NCBI GenBank assembly: GCA_030141605.1 | Contig: JAQGDQ010000820.1 | Coordinates: 1 to 64,000 of the forward strand | Source of the DNA: Tubiluchus corallicola | Lineage: Eukaryota; Animalia; Priapulida | Length of the DNA: 64,000 bases | Reading direction: 5' to 3' | Part shown: one piece after another, positions 1 through 11,600 of the stretch | How the letters are laid out: each line of letters begins with the position of its first letter | Numbering within the stretch: the stretch's first letter is position 1 | Made by a program: the position numbers and the translations under genes | Notes under the pieces: generated by a model | Database searches by the model: none | What the model saw: the letters and a program-made list of their open reading frames with translations, nothing else | Told to the model about the DNA's origin: nothing

Positions 1-779
1 TTGTTGCAGTCCAAACGTGACAGACACGTGCGCATGGCTGCAAGCGCACAACAGCCAAACGCCGCCTTACTGGAGTGCACTACGCTGGGCTGTAAAGCAA
101 ACAGTACTACCCTCACGTGCTCTGGTTCTGTACAAGTAAAAAGAAAGAACTAAAGGAAAGAGACATTATAATTTTATCGATAACATCCTGTGAAAGTAGG
201 GTGTGCTGCAATTCCACAGTACCTATTCCACACGAGCCGCCACTGAACGCTAACATTTTTACCATCGTTGTCGACTGTGAATCTTCACTACTATACTGTA
301 ATTTGAAGGAATGATTTTCTTTGTTTGTTAATGGTTAGCAAATAAACAGGGTGAGAAATGAAAAACAAGAAGATGTGCCATTGTGTCGCAGCGAGTGTGA
401 TCGATTGTCTAGCAGTAGGCCTACTGATAATTATAATATTATTGCAAAGGCAAGTTTAAGTGTCTTTATTTTTTATTATCAATATGATATATCATGTGTG
501 ATATGATTCTTTAGAAAAACAAATGTACTATCATAGATTTTTGTGTTAAGAAATGTTATGGAGAAAATTTCGTTATTGTGTTTTAATTTTAAATACGAAA
601 TAACAATTATGCACTTCTTTTTAAAAATGTATAATTAATACGTTAAAAATATGTTTGGTGTGCGTTAGGGCCGATTTTAGGCCAATTAGGTGATATTTGT
701 TCAAAATGAGCTCCGCACCAGGGAGGCGGGGGCAGCATCAGGGGACAGAAGTTTTTCAAAATTGATTTAAACGTATAAA

Positions 780-1215
780 CGATCAACAGTTTCATAATTG
801 AGACTAGATAATTTGGCGATGCTATCTATAGAAAATGACATTACAAAATTCACTGACTTCGAAATGATTTTGAAAGATTTTCTGGATAAAAAAAACAGAA
901 GAGTATGTTTTTAGAAATTTGTAATTATCTTGACTTTTAGAACAGCATGTCAGCAATTATCTTGACTTGTAAAAAAACATAAAAATTGTCAAATAGTTTT
1001 CCAATTTTCGGTACATCATTGTGGCTAATGGTGGAGCCTGAAGCCCTCAGTACTTTTTGGCTCAAACTGGTATACGACACGAAGCATAAAACATCAATCT
1101 TCAGCTTTTGTAGGTAGAGGGCTCCAGTAATATTTTTCTAGTTAGGCCCCCCAGACTTCCTAGCGATTTTTACATGGCTTTCTCCCCCTAACTTTAGAAT
1201 CTGGCTACACCACTG
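780..1215 (+). mobile_element. hAT transposon remnant (transposase C-terminus plus right terminus)
   Basis: ~800-915 translates RLDNLAMLSIENDITKFTDFEMILKDFLDKKNRRVCF*, typical of ZMYM1-like hAT transposase ends. The segment ends in TCTGGCTACACCACTG (1200-1215), a hAT-type TIR. Left end not located. Confidence 0.6.
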
Positions 1216-1599
1216 AGCCACTGATGACAAGGACGAATAATTCGACATTGAGATGAGGTTCTGCATAATTCAGAGTAACAGCCCGAGAAGCAATGCACCT
1301 AATGTACATATTCTAATTATGACCCTCAGTTGATGGAAACAGAATTACATCGAGTGACCTCAACGTACAAGGAACTTCCGAAAGCAATTAAATCCGCGTA
1401 ATTATTTAAATGAAATAAAACAATCCTCTCGCAGAGCATTCCAAATAGGTGTGCCACGAAAACGTGGACAGCAAAAATTGAAAAGAAAATGCCGTGCAAT
1501 CATGCAAATACCATTGGTAATAAAATTGGGAATACAATTTTAAAAATCAGGGATAATAATGTCAATGACAACAATGGACTTGTGATAAACTAACTTAGC

Positions 1600-1950
1600 A
1601 GTCCATAGATGGGAGAACCTGCGTGTGCGAAAAAAGGTTGCGTTCATTGACACAGATTTTGCTTGTTCAAAAAACTGCATATCAGATGGCCAGGCAAAAT
1701 CTCAAATAAAGAGCTATATGAAAAAATAAAAGAAGCATCTTGGACAAGAAAAATAAAAGACGCCGTTTAACATGGATTGGGCATATGATGATAATCCAGT
1801 AAAAAATAATAATTTGATATAGATACAGAACAATTTAAACACTTCAGGACTGATCCTTAGAGATAAATGCATTTGGGGCATTGCAGCGAGTAGGGAGTCC
1901 TGGCATAGGGAGGTGAACAGAATCATGTCACTGGACGCATGATTCATTCA
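1600..1950 (+). mobile_element. Degraded RTE-clade LINE, 3' end of RT ORF
   Basis: Frameshifted translation KLHIRWPGKISNKELYEKIKEASWTRKIK / RRRLTWIGHMM ... IAASRESWHREVNRI matches the RTE C-terminal pattern (I.W...ISN.EL, RRL.W.GH, A..R..W...V). Confidence 0.6.
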
Positions 1951-2434
1951 ATGAATGAAAAAAGTGGCAGTTTTGCCAGCACCTTTTCACATTGTATGTC
2001 TTAGTTCTTGCGATACATTAACCTTTTTAAACTGGATATATAATAGGATTCTTGACTTTACAAAAGTAATACTAGGATTATTAAAATTCAATGATTAAAA
2101 ACAGATAACACTGATACCAATCAAGCAATGAAAAGTGCAGAAACACAGAAAACACTTGGAAACGAAAAAGTAGTGAACAACACACAAGTCAGGATAGCAG
2201 TGAAATTGGGTAAATTTAGAAAGCAAGAAAAAGTTAAAATTACAGATGAGCCAAAAATGTGTTTTTAGAATACAAAGGTAACATTTTTATTCTTGCAACG
2301 ATTTCCTTTAGAAACTCTATTAAATAGTGGAAAATGACTCACGGAAATGAATTAAGTAGTGCCACTTATTTACTAAAACACTGAATTAATACAAAACCAT
2401 TTCAATTTCTGATTAAATGTGTTGCAGTACCTAC

Positions 2435-2587
2435 CTGACCAAATAAATCATCTTCTGGTCCTGGTTGTGATTTATGGTTTGTTCCCAATAGGCAAGTATC
2501 AAGCAACTCGTGTGGATTCTGAAAATGTCTACCAGAACTACAGACGATGAGTAATAATAGTACGATGGAAATATATAAACCTGTCAT
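2435..2587 (-). CDS. Folate receptor / riboflavin-binding protein family, first coding exon (gene continues beyond left edge)
   Basis: Hydrophobic signal peptide followed by ELLDTCLLGTNHKSQPGPEDDLFGQ, resembling FOLR ELLNVCM.AKHHK..PGPED.LH.Q. Acceptor TTTTAG just before the ATG (exon starts 2593). Phase-0 donor CAG|GTAGGT at 2434. Confidence 0.85.
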
Positions 2588-2659
2588 GATCAGCTAAAAT
2601 TAAAAACAAACAGTCACTCAATTAGAGCCAATTTAGGGATGTAAGTATACTTTAAAAAC

Positions 2660-3720
2660 CACCATAAAACAATTATATTTAAAACACCACAACTGTATTA
2701 GAAATTTTAATTTACATATTTAAAAATCATGTCAAACATCTCGACAGAGCTATTGCTGTCATCATCGGTGGTAAATTTTTCAACCAATTTATATAGGCAG
2801 AGCCTGTAGTATAGAAGATTATGCACTAATTATGTATTTACGAAAACCCTAATAGGTAATGAATATGCAGATCAGTTGAAAGGAAATTGATACAGTAGAC
2901 TTTTCTACAGGTCTGCTTATTCATTACCTATTTGGCTTCTGTTAAATACATAATTAGTGCGTAATTTGCTGTATCAATTTCTTTTCTACTGATCTGCTTA
3001 TTCGTTACCTATTAAGTACCGTTCTATTAAATACATAATGTTCTATACCAGTGGTTCCCAACATTTTGTTGATGGTGCCCCTTTCTAGAACCCTGCATCA
3101 TATCGTAAGCCAAAGAAGAACATAATCACATGTTACACTACTAAACGCCGTCATCGTTTGCATTTATTAAATTAGCTCACTATTCAACAAATTATTGAAC
3201 AATGAGTGATTGTTTTATTAATTCATTAATGTGATGGTGTTGCGCCTGTTTCTCAGCGAGCAGTTTTGCAATGCGATAGGTTTCCAAGGAGATCCGACGC
3301 AAAATGAATAGCGACACGCTTTCGGGCAATGTACTCTGTACAGCTTGGAACAACGCACATTTTCCCAGAAAATTAAGCTCTGATATACCGCATTTACATG
3401 CGGAAAACCCACTTTCACTTTCCAGAACAAGGTGATGAGAGACTGAGGAAACAAGACCTACTAACGTACTTTTCATGACAACAGCATTTTTAAACATAGT
3501 TTCGGACTAGCCCACAACTCCAACTGGGGTCGCGACCCCAATGTTGGCAACCCATGTTCTGTACTGTAGGTTCTGCCTACATAAACTGGTTTGTATGTTT
3601 GTCAAAATTTACCACTGACAATGACAGCAGTAGCTCTGTCGAAACGTTTGACATGATTTTTAACTATGTTAATTAAAAGTTTTAATAAAGTTGTGGTGTT
3701 TTAACTATAAATGTTTTAAG
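2660..3720. mobile_element. Penelope-like element remnant: inverted pair of terminal repeats with hammerhead-like cores
   Basis: ~2660-2815 and ~3560-3720 are imperfect reverse complements. Each has a C(T/C)GA.(G/A)A-T-GACAG-loop-CTGTC-GA(A/G)A motif, followed in the right copy by AATAAAGTTGTG. Confidence 0.55.
3049..3556 (-). mobile_element. Non-autonomous hAT (Charlie/Buster-like) element nested in the Penelope-like remnant
   Basis: Imperfect TIRs CAGTGGTTCCCAACAT / ATGTTGGCAACCCATG and near-perfect 8-bp TSD TTCTATAC / TTCTGTAC. The minus strand encodes ESGFS ... RIAKLLAEKQAQHHH, like the Charlie transposase C-terminus. Confidence 0.75.
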
Positions 3721-4000
3721 TGCCTGTAATAAAAAAATGACAATTATTTTTGTTTCTGTCAGCACTCTAGTTTTAGTAGTAATATTGCTTTACCAGCATA
3801 AAACATTTAACAATATTATACTATGACCAAATAGGTCTGGGATCTACCTTTATGTCTGCAACGTAAAAATTTTATAATTGTGCCCTACAAACACGAGATA
3901 AACTTATTCAACTTTGATTCTTAATGTTAGTGTATCACGGCTTACAGAAATACATCTTCTTTCATCTGATGCATTCTTTCTTCAAGCTAAAACAACTCAC

Positions 4001-4065
4001 CTGTCACTTGCCGATACTTTCATGTGAGGCGCGGTCGTTTAATTGCCGCCGCGTATGTTCATTGG
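4001..4065 (-). other. Candidate 5' UTR exon of the folate-receptor-like gene
   Basis: CpG-rich patch ending in a consensus donor CAG|GTGAGT (GT at 4000-3999). The coding exon has an acceptor, so an upstream exon is expected. Confidence 0.45.
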
Positions 4066-4817
4066 TGTGCATACCTTTATGTAACTCCATCCTTCACTGC
4101 ACTCTGGTCAATGTACTCTTGCCCCGTATGTCCATACCTTTATGTAACTCCATCCTTCATTGCACTCTGGTCAATGTACTCTTGCCCCGTATGTCCATAC
4201 CTTTATGTAACTCCATCCCTCATTGCACTCTGGTCAATGTACTCTTGCCCCGTATGTCCATACCTTTATGTAACTCCATCCTTCATTGCACTCTGGTCAA
4301 TGTACTCTTGCCCCGTATGTCCATACCTTTATGTAACTCCATACATCATTGCACTCTGGTCAATGTACTCTTGCCCCGTATGTCCATACCTTTATGTAAC
4401 TCCATCCTTCATTGCACTCTGGTCAATGTACTCTTGCCCCGTATGTCCATACCTTTATGTAACTCCATACATCATTGCACTCTGGTCAATGTACTCTTGC
4501 CCCGTATGTCCATACCTTTATGTAACTCCATACATCTTTGCACTCTGGTCAATGTACTCTTGCCCCGTATGTCCATACCTTTATGTAACTCCATCCTTCA
4601 TTGCACTCTGGTCAATGTACTCTTGCCCCGGCCGTCTGTCCATACCTTTATGTAACTCCATACATCATTGCACTCTGGTCAATGTACTCTTGCCCCGTAT
4701 GTCCATACCTTTATGTAACTCCATCCCTCATTGCACTCTGGTCAATGTACTCTTGCCCCGTATGTCCATACCTTTATGTAACTCCATCCTTCATTGCACT
4801 CTGGTCAATGTACTCTT
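4064..4817. repeat. 63-bp minisatellite, ~12 copies
   Basis: Unit TCCATACCTTTATGTAACTCCATCCTTCATTGCACTCTGGTCAATGTACTCTTGCCCCGTATG. Confidence 0.95.
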
Positions 4818-5792
4818 GAGCTGTAGGAAAAACTAGTGCAAAAGCAACTGGCTATTTCAACTCATTCTAAATTTAAAAGCATAATAGTGCTTTATGATAG
4901 GAAAAATCTGTCACAAGTTTATTATCTAGGAAAATATAATATTCGTGTATTTATTAGGATACGACTGCATAAATTACAATCACAAATTAGTCAGCAGTAT
5001 CAATTTTCGGTATATGACTCAAACTTAGCTGATCTTATTTGTTTTGTTTATTGATCAGACACGTTTGTTATTATTTTAATGCACGTATTTTGCAGTTAGA
5101 TTCAGTTCCCTATTTGAAAGTATTCCCTATTTGGCTAGCTTACTTTTCACTTCATTTAATTTGTTTTTTATTTAATATTATTGTTATTATTTTGCATGTT
5201 TTTCTCATTTTGAGTTATACATGGACGATATGACAGCTTGAATTTCGATCATTTTTATATTCATTTGTAACACATTATTTGGCTTTTACTTACCATTGCT
5301 TTTTCTTCATCATTTTCCTCTATGTTTAGATATTTTTGATTGCATTTTCATCCTTCAGTTATTTAAAGTTGATTAGTGAATTTTAAACAGATCAAGTTGC
5401 TAAGTAAAATAGTAATAATGTCATTTCACTACTATTCATGAGTGAAATAGTTACAGTGTCATTCCAATAATCACATACATCCATTGAAGGACGGCTTGAC
5501 TAGTTGACCTTCTTGGTCTTTCGCCATCCTATTTCCATTGCTAATTAAATACATTTACTTGCCTCATTTGTATCATGAATATGGAAATAAATGCACATTT
5601 TGAATTGAATTGAATTGAAGCAACACACTGCATATCTAACACATTTGCACACTACAAAATATAACTTGCACTTGAACGCAAAAGAAGAGTAGATCCTATG
5701 GACTCGTAGTAAAAACTGAACGCTTGAATTCACGGCAACTAGTATTCTTAACTTATCTGTGATAATAAGTGTTCTTTTTAATAATTATTGTT

Positions 5793-6179
5793 TGTCCTTG
5801 TGGTCTCTTCGTTGTGTTTTGTTTCTCTCGGAAGGCTCGTAGAAAAAAACCAGAAAACACTTCGTCAAATTAAACTAGTTTATTAAGCGAGAATTCTAAA
5901 ACACAAAAGTATGAAGGAACGCGAAATGTTTACAGTAAACGTGAAAATCTGGAAAACGTTTAAGTGTATCTGAAAATACAAGTATACAAGAGAATGTGTA
6001 AGTGGCGTCCGTGTGAATCTGTGTGTGTCTCTCAGCGGCCTGCTTCGCCTTATATAGGGTGCCAGGGAACATTCTAGACGAGTCGTTCTAGAACATTCTA
6101 CAAGGTAAGACGATTATTCTAATGGAACATTCTACAATGTTCTATTTAATTCTAATAGATGCCAGTGATCTCCACAACA
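5793..6179 (-). mobile_element. Probable solo LTR with TATA box and heat-shock elements
   Basis: TGT...ACA termini and flanks TTGTT / CTGTT (4/5 TSD match). Minus-strand CTATATAAG at 6057-6049. gTTCtaGAAcaTTCt at 6085-6099 plus further GAACATTC copies. Minus-strand AATAAA near 5880. Confidence 0.55.
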
Positions 6180-6293
6180 CTGTTGTCTGGATTTTCTAAA
6201 ATTACAACTTCCAATTTAAACTGGGGAAATCAGCAACTGTCTGCACTACAGATTATGTATCATTAAACGTTGTATTTCAGTTTTTTGCCAAGT

Positions 6294-6833
6294 CTTAGTT
6301 GACAGTGTCCTATATCAGTCAATGACTTAGTTGACGGTGTCCTATATCAGTCAATGACTTAGTTGACAGTGTCCTATATCAGTCAATGACTTAGTTGACG
6401 GTGTCCTGTATCAGTCAATGACTTAGTTGACGGTGTCCTGTATCAGTCAATGACTTAGTTGACGGTGTCCTGTATCAGTCAATGACTTAGTTGACAGTGT
6501 CCTATCAGTCAATGACTTAGTTGACGGTGTCCTATCAGTCAATGACTTAGTTGACGGTGTCCTATATCAGTCAATGACTTAGTTGACGGTGTCCTGTATC
6601 AGCCAATGACTTAGTTGACGGTGTCCTGTATCAGTCAATGACTTAGTTGACGGTGTCCTGTATCAGTCAATGACTTAGTTGACGGTGTCCTGTATCAGTC
6701 AATGACTTAGTTGACGGTGTCCTATATCAGTCAATGACTTAGTTGACGGTGTCCTATATCAGTCAATGACTTAGTTGACGGTGTCCTATATCAGTCAATG
6801 ACTTAGTTGACGGTGTCCTATATCAGTCAATGA
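6294..6833. repeat. 32-bp minisatellite, ~17 copies
   Basis: Unit CTTAGTTGACGGTGTCCT(A/G)TATCAGTCAATGA. Confidence 0.95.
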
Positions 6834-7933
6834 TGCAAAAAATCCATTTTCAGGATTCGCAAATCACAAGTTTATTTTAATCTAGTAAATAAATACAGTA
6901 CGTACGTTTAAACAACACTTGTGTAGTGTCGTTGAATTTTACAAAACTTGTTACTGTATCAAAAAAATTCCATGTAAGAAATTAAAGCCCATACTGCATA
7001 TGATTTAGTAATAATAAATTACAAATGCCAGACTAATTATTATTATTTTATGGTAAAACTGCAGCAAGAAAAGATAATAAACTTTAAATCTTACACGTAT
7101 TTGTGCGTTTTGCAGTTGATATGATTGTCTAATTATTAGACATTTAAACTTATTTACTTCTAAATTCTACATTTTAAATCACTTTATATACAACATTATT
7201 ATGCAATTAAGATAATCAAAAATATAAACTCCTATATGTTACAAAAGCTTGACAATTTCCCCTCTACGATCATATTTGATTTAGATCTGACTTTGCAATT
7301 TACTCTGATGCAAGAAAAATAGCAGAGCAAAACAAGAAACAATGAATGACAGCACAGTTTCTGTAATTTCTGTAAAACATTAAGGGAGAAGTCAACAAAT
7401 GCTAAAAAAAACAAACGTAATAAAAGTAATAGTGAAACAAATACAAATTTAAGACTGCCAAAAGATTACAGTCAAATAACTCCTCAAATTTTCCTTATAG
7501 GGAAAGAAACCTGAACTGAATAAAACCTATACCTGGACTTGCACTGAATGAAACCGAGATGATTTTAACTGCATTTATACAAAAGTTTGTTCATTAAAGA
7601 TTTTGAAAATCAGCATCTGAATAATAGCCGCATTAAATAACATTTGCTATTCATTAATTGCTAATAAGTATCACATTTATTCACAGAAATACTGCAATTT
7701 ACTTTTACAACTACCACTTGACAATTTTGTTTTCGAAAATGTTGTTATTCGTGAATTTTTTGGAAATGTATTTGCATTGTCCATTACCAAAAGCCTTTTT
7801 TCGTCAAAAGACACGTTTGATAATGCAGCCAGTCAGCATGAAAACTACAGTTGGCTACATGCCAAAAACCTTTCTTGCTTTAGCAAAATAAAATCTTCAA
7901 TTTCCGTGGACTAACGAGACTTTGCACCAAACA

Positions 7934-8367
7934 AATAAGCCCTTTCACAGTTCCAGCGATTGATGATGATCGTGAAAAGGTGTACTAGACAACCCATTTC
8001 TGTACAGTTGACAACGCCTCACAACCCATGCTGTTGTAGTAGTAACAGTTGTAATCTTACCCAGTTGACTTTTTCTTGCTCCCAAGCAAGATCCTGCTAG
8101 TAAATCACTTTATGCACAGATTAATGCATAATTAAATAAAGTCTATGTAAAACAACTGAAGTTACTGAACTGATGTGGCAGACGGCTTTGCTTTACCAAG
8201 TGTCACATAACGGTTGTAGTTAAGACACGCTTGCTATGGTACGCTCAACTTTGCCTTTACCCACGTGTCATGAGATGGTTATAGTTAATACACGCTTGCT
8301 ATGGTACACTTAACCTTTGACCTACAGCAACTACGATTGCCACAACCAAACTGTAAAAAAGCCTATT
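7934..8367. mobile_element. MITE family C (other copies or fragments at ~11915-12125, 25225-25600, 34210-34500, 42075-42140)
   Basis: Imperfect TIRs AATAAGCCCTTTCACAGTT / AACTGTAAAAAAGCCTATT. The internal sequence recurs at the listed sites. Confidence 0.7.
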
Positions 8368-8696
8368 GATTGTAAAACTTGAACTAATGTGTAAGGCTGG
8401 TGATAGATACACGGCAAAACAAGTTGTATCATACAGGATTTTTTGGTGACTTGATCAAACTCAATTATCGTATTAAAAAAATGAATGACATTTCTAACAT
8501 AATGACACTAATAACACGTTAATTAATATTAATGAACAAAAGTTTGAGATTTCTGGCAAGAGACTTTACTTCCACGAACAAGAGAAGAAAATTAATCACT
8601 TCTTAGCCTAACCAAATGCTTTCCTTCACAACGAAGCATCGCAGAAGCTCTAACAGCTTAACTATTCTATTCTGATGGGCGGCAAATAAACAAGAG

Positions 8697-11600
8697 TTAA
8701 CTTGAAGTCAATTCTTGCTGAAAAGCTCTGACGGCTAGTCGCTGCTTCGCGCACGACTCCTCTCTTTGTTGCAAGAGAAACTGGTGATATGACGTATCGA
8801 CTTTCTCTTGAACAAGATCCGGGTTTATGATTCGATAACCTGTGTGTAGACTATCTAGCGCAGACATATCCGCCTCAGATAATGTGAATGTGAACACCTG
8901 TAAAGAGAGGACTGCATTTTATTTGGTCACCCTGTACACAATAATAAACCTTTCCTTACTGATGCACTGAACAATCTTTTCAATATCAATCAGTTCAAAT
9001 GGCGAAATGCATGTAACAGCAAAGAACTAATGGCGTGCATGTTAAATTGTGTTTGTGTGGTAATAATTCTTTTACGTAAGTCATTTTTTAAAAAAATAGC
9101 ATGTTTCCTTTCAATACTTTAAAGAGCATTTTGTCTTGACCTACACTTTAAGATACGATCCTATTTTGCTTTAAAGGAAGACAGGATGATGTTTCATATG
9201 GTACCCCATTTTCAAATCCGACAAAAAGTATACATTTCTAACACAACTGATACTGCAAAAGCGTTTCTGATAATTAAATTACAGATTAAAAACTTAATTA
9301 ACGGAGGGTGAGCCCAACTACTGATGACATCACAAACTAACATAATTTTCAACATCAAAGATATTCCACGAGTGTGTAGCACGTGTTTGCAACAGCGAAA
9401 ATTGAAGTACAGTGCTACTGTAAGAGTGTGTTGTAGTAAAACTAGGTAAGTTTTACAGTAAAAATTCAAATTTCAAATTTACCGCTGCACTCACGCATGA
9501 GCTGGTGAACGTGTGCAGTTCGTCACAAACTAACGCATCTGAACTGAGAGGCACAGCACCTGTTTTTCTCTGCGATGCATATCCAAAATGCTGGCGCTAG
9601 TGCCTGTCTAACTAGCGAATGGCGAAATACATGTAACAATGAAGAACTAGTGGCGCGAACGTGAAATTGTATTTGTGTGATAATAATTCTTTCACATAAG
9701 TCATTTTTGAATTAGCAGTACTTTAAGGAGTAGATTGCTTTAACCTACAGTTTAACATTGGGTCCAGTTTTGCTATAAGAACGAAAAATCTAATTTAAAT
9801 TGCAACAGCAAGTCTGGTATTTGGATTTTCTATTTTACTGTGCAATCTTTGTCGTTGTTGACATTAAGAGTTGTTCTGGGCACAATTATTAGATGACATC
9901 ATTTGTGTTAAGCCAGCAAAACTGTTATAGGGTTGTTGATTTCTCTGTTTTTTTCTGAGCTACTTCCTGCTACTTTTTTGTACAAACTATCGCCACTAGA
10001 ACATTGACTTAGTAACTGCTTGTACTAAGCGACACCTCATGAATGTCACCTAGTCAAAAACGCTTCCTGATTCAGTGAAACGTTTTGCTGTTAAAAAAGG
10101 TAACGAAAAAGCTGACACAGAAGCATGAACTTTTGGGCAATCACTCTGTCTCTGGTGAAGCAGACTCTAAACTGCTTCAAAGTTTGTCTAATTGGAAAAG
10201 CTTCCTGATTCAGTGAAACGTTTTGCTGTTAGAAACAGGTAATGAAAAAGCTGGCACAGAGAGAGATGCTATTGTCAACAATGACAAAGATGATTACGAC
10301 GATGTTGTGCGAATGATCGCAACGAAGATGATACAACGAAAGCGTGTTATCAGTAACATTGTACTAATTAAAAATGTAAACAAAATTGACTTACTTTAGT
10401 ATTTTCCTGAATTCTATCTTTGTTAGTTGATTTTGGTATTGCAACAACTCCATTCTAAAATACAATAAAGAAGGTGCATGATGTATATGAAACACTACGG
10501 GTCAAGATATAGGGTGTTCACAAGTCAAGATATAGGGTGTTCACAAGTCAAGATATAGGGTGATCACAAGTCAAGATATAGGTGTTCACAAGTCAAGATA
10601 TAGGGTGTTCACAAGTCAAGATATAGGTGTTCACAAGTCAAGATATAGGGTGTTCACAAGTCAAGATATAGGGTGTTCACAAGTCAAGATATAGGGTGCT
10701 CACAAGTCAAGATACAGGGTGTCCACAAGTCAAGATACAGGGTGTGCATAAGTCAAGATATGTATGTTCACAAGTTTTATCAAGAACTTTATCTAAATGA
10801 GGGAAGACAATGAATCATCATGGGCTGCCTGTAGCTGTCGCTGATGTTCCGCTGTCCACTTAGTTCTGCTACGGTGAACTGGATTAAATGGCGGGCTTCT
10901 TGATAGAATACCACTGCAGTAAATAAGGCTTTAGTGTTTAAAGTAAAGCAGAAAAATCGTCATGAAAACGAAACATGCGACATTAAGCAAAAAAAGGTGT
11001 CAAATGATTAGCGTCGTTAAAACGAATCGTCACTAAGTGGGGCGTCGTTAAAACGAATCGTCACTAAATGGGTCGTTGTTAAAACTAATCGTCACTAAAT
11101 GGGTCGTTGTTAAAACGAATCATCACTAAGTGAGGCGTCGTTAAAACGAATCGTCACTAAGTGGGGAGTCGTTAAAACGAATCGTCACTAAATGGTTCGT
11201 CGTTAAAACGAATTGTCACTAAGTGAGGAGTCATTAAAACGAATCGTCACTAAGTGGAGAGTCATTAAAACGAATCGTCACTAAGTGGGGAGTCATTAAA
11301 ACGAATCGCCATTAAGTGGGGAGTCATTAAAACGAATTGTCATTAAGTGGGGCGTCGTTAAAACGAATCGCCACTAAGTGGGGCGTCGTTAAAACGAATC
11401 GTCACTAAGTGGGGCATCGTTAAGCGAGGACCTACTGTATAAACAAATGACAATGGTTCATTAGTGTTTTACGGGGCAAGTGCAAAAACAAATAATAGTG
11501 TCCAGACTGCTTAGTTTATCTCAGCGCATATTTTGCAAACAACAACATAATACCTGTATGCACCATCGTAACAGAACTTGTGCGGACGTGCAGCTGTTTC

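Noticed and set aside
117-314. SCESRVCCNST resembling folate receptor exon 2
   Set aside because: On the opposite strand to the receptor exon and lacks the conserved PW. Probably lies in transposon-derived sequence.
3924-4836. 243/270-aa repetitive ORFs
   Set aside because: By-product of a 63-bp stop-free minisatellite that is open in two frames. No protein family signature.
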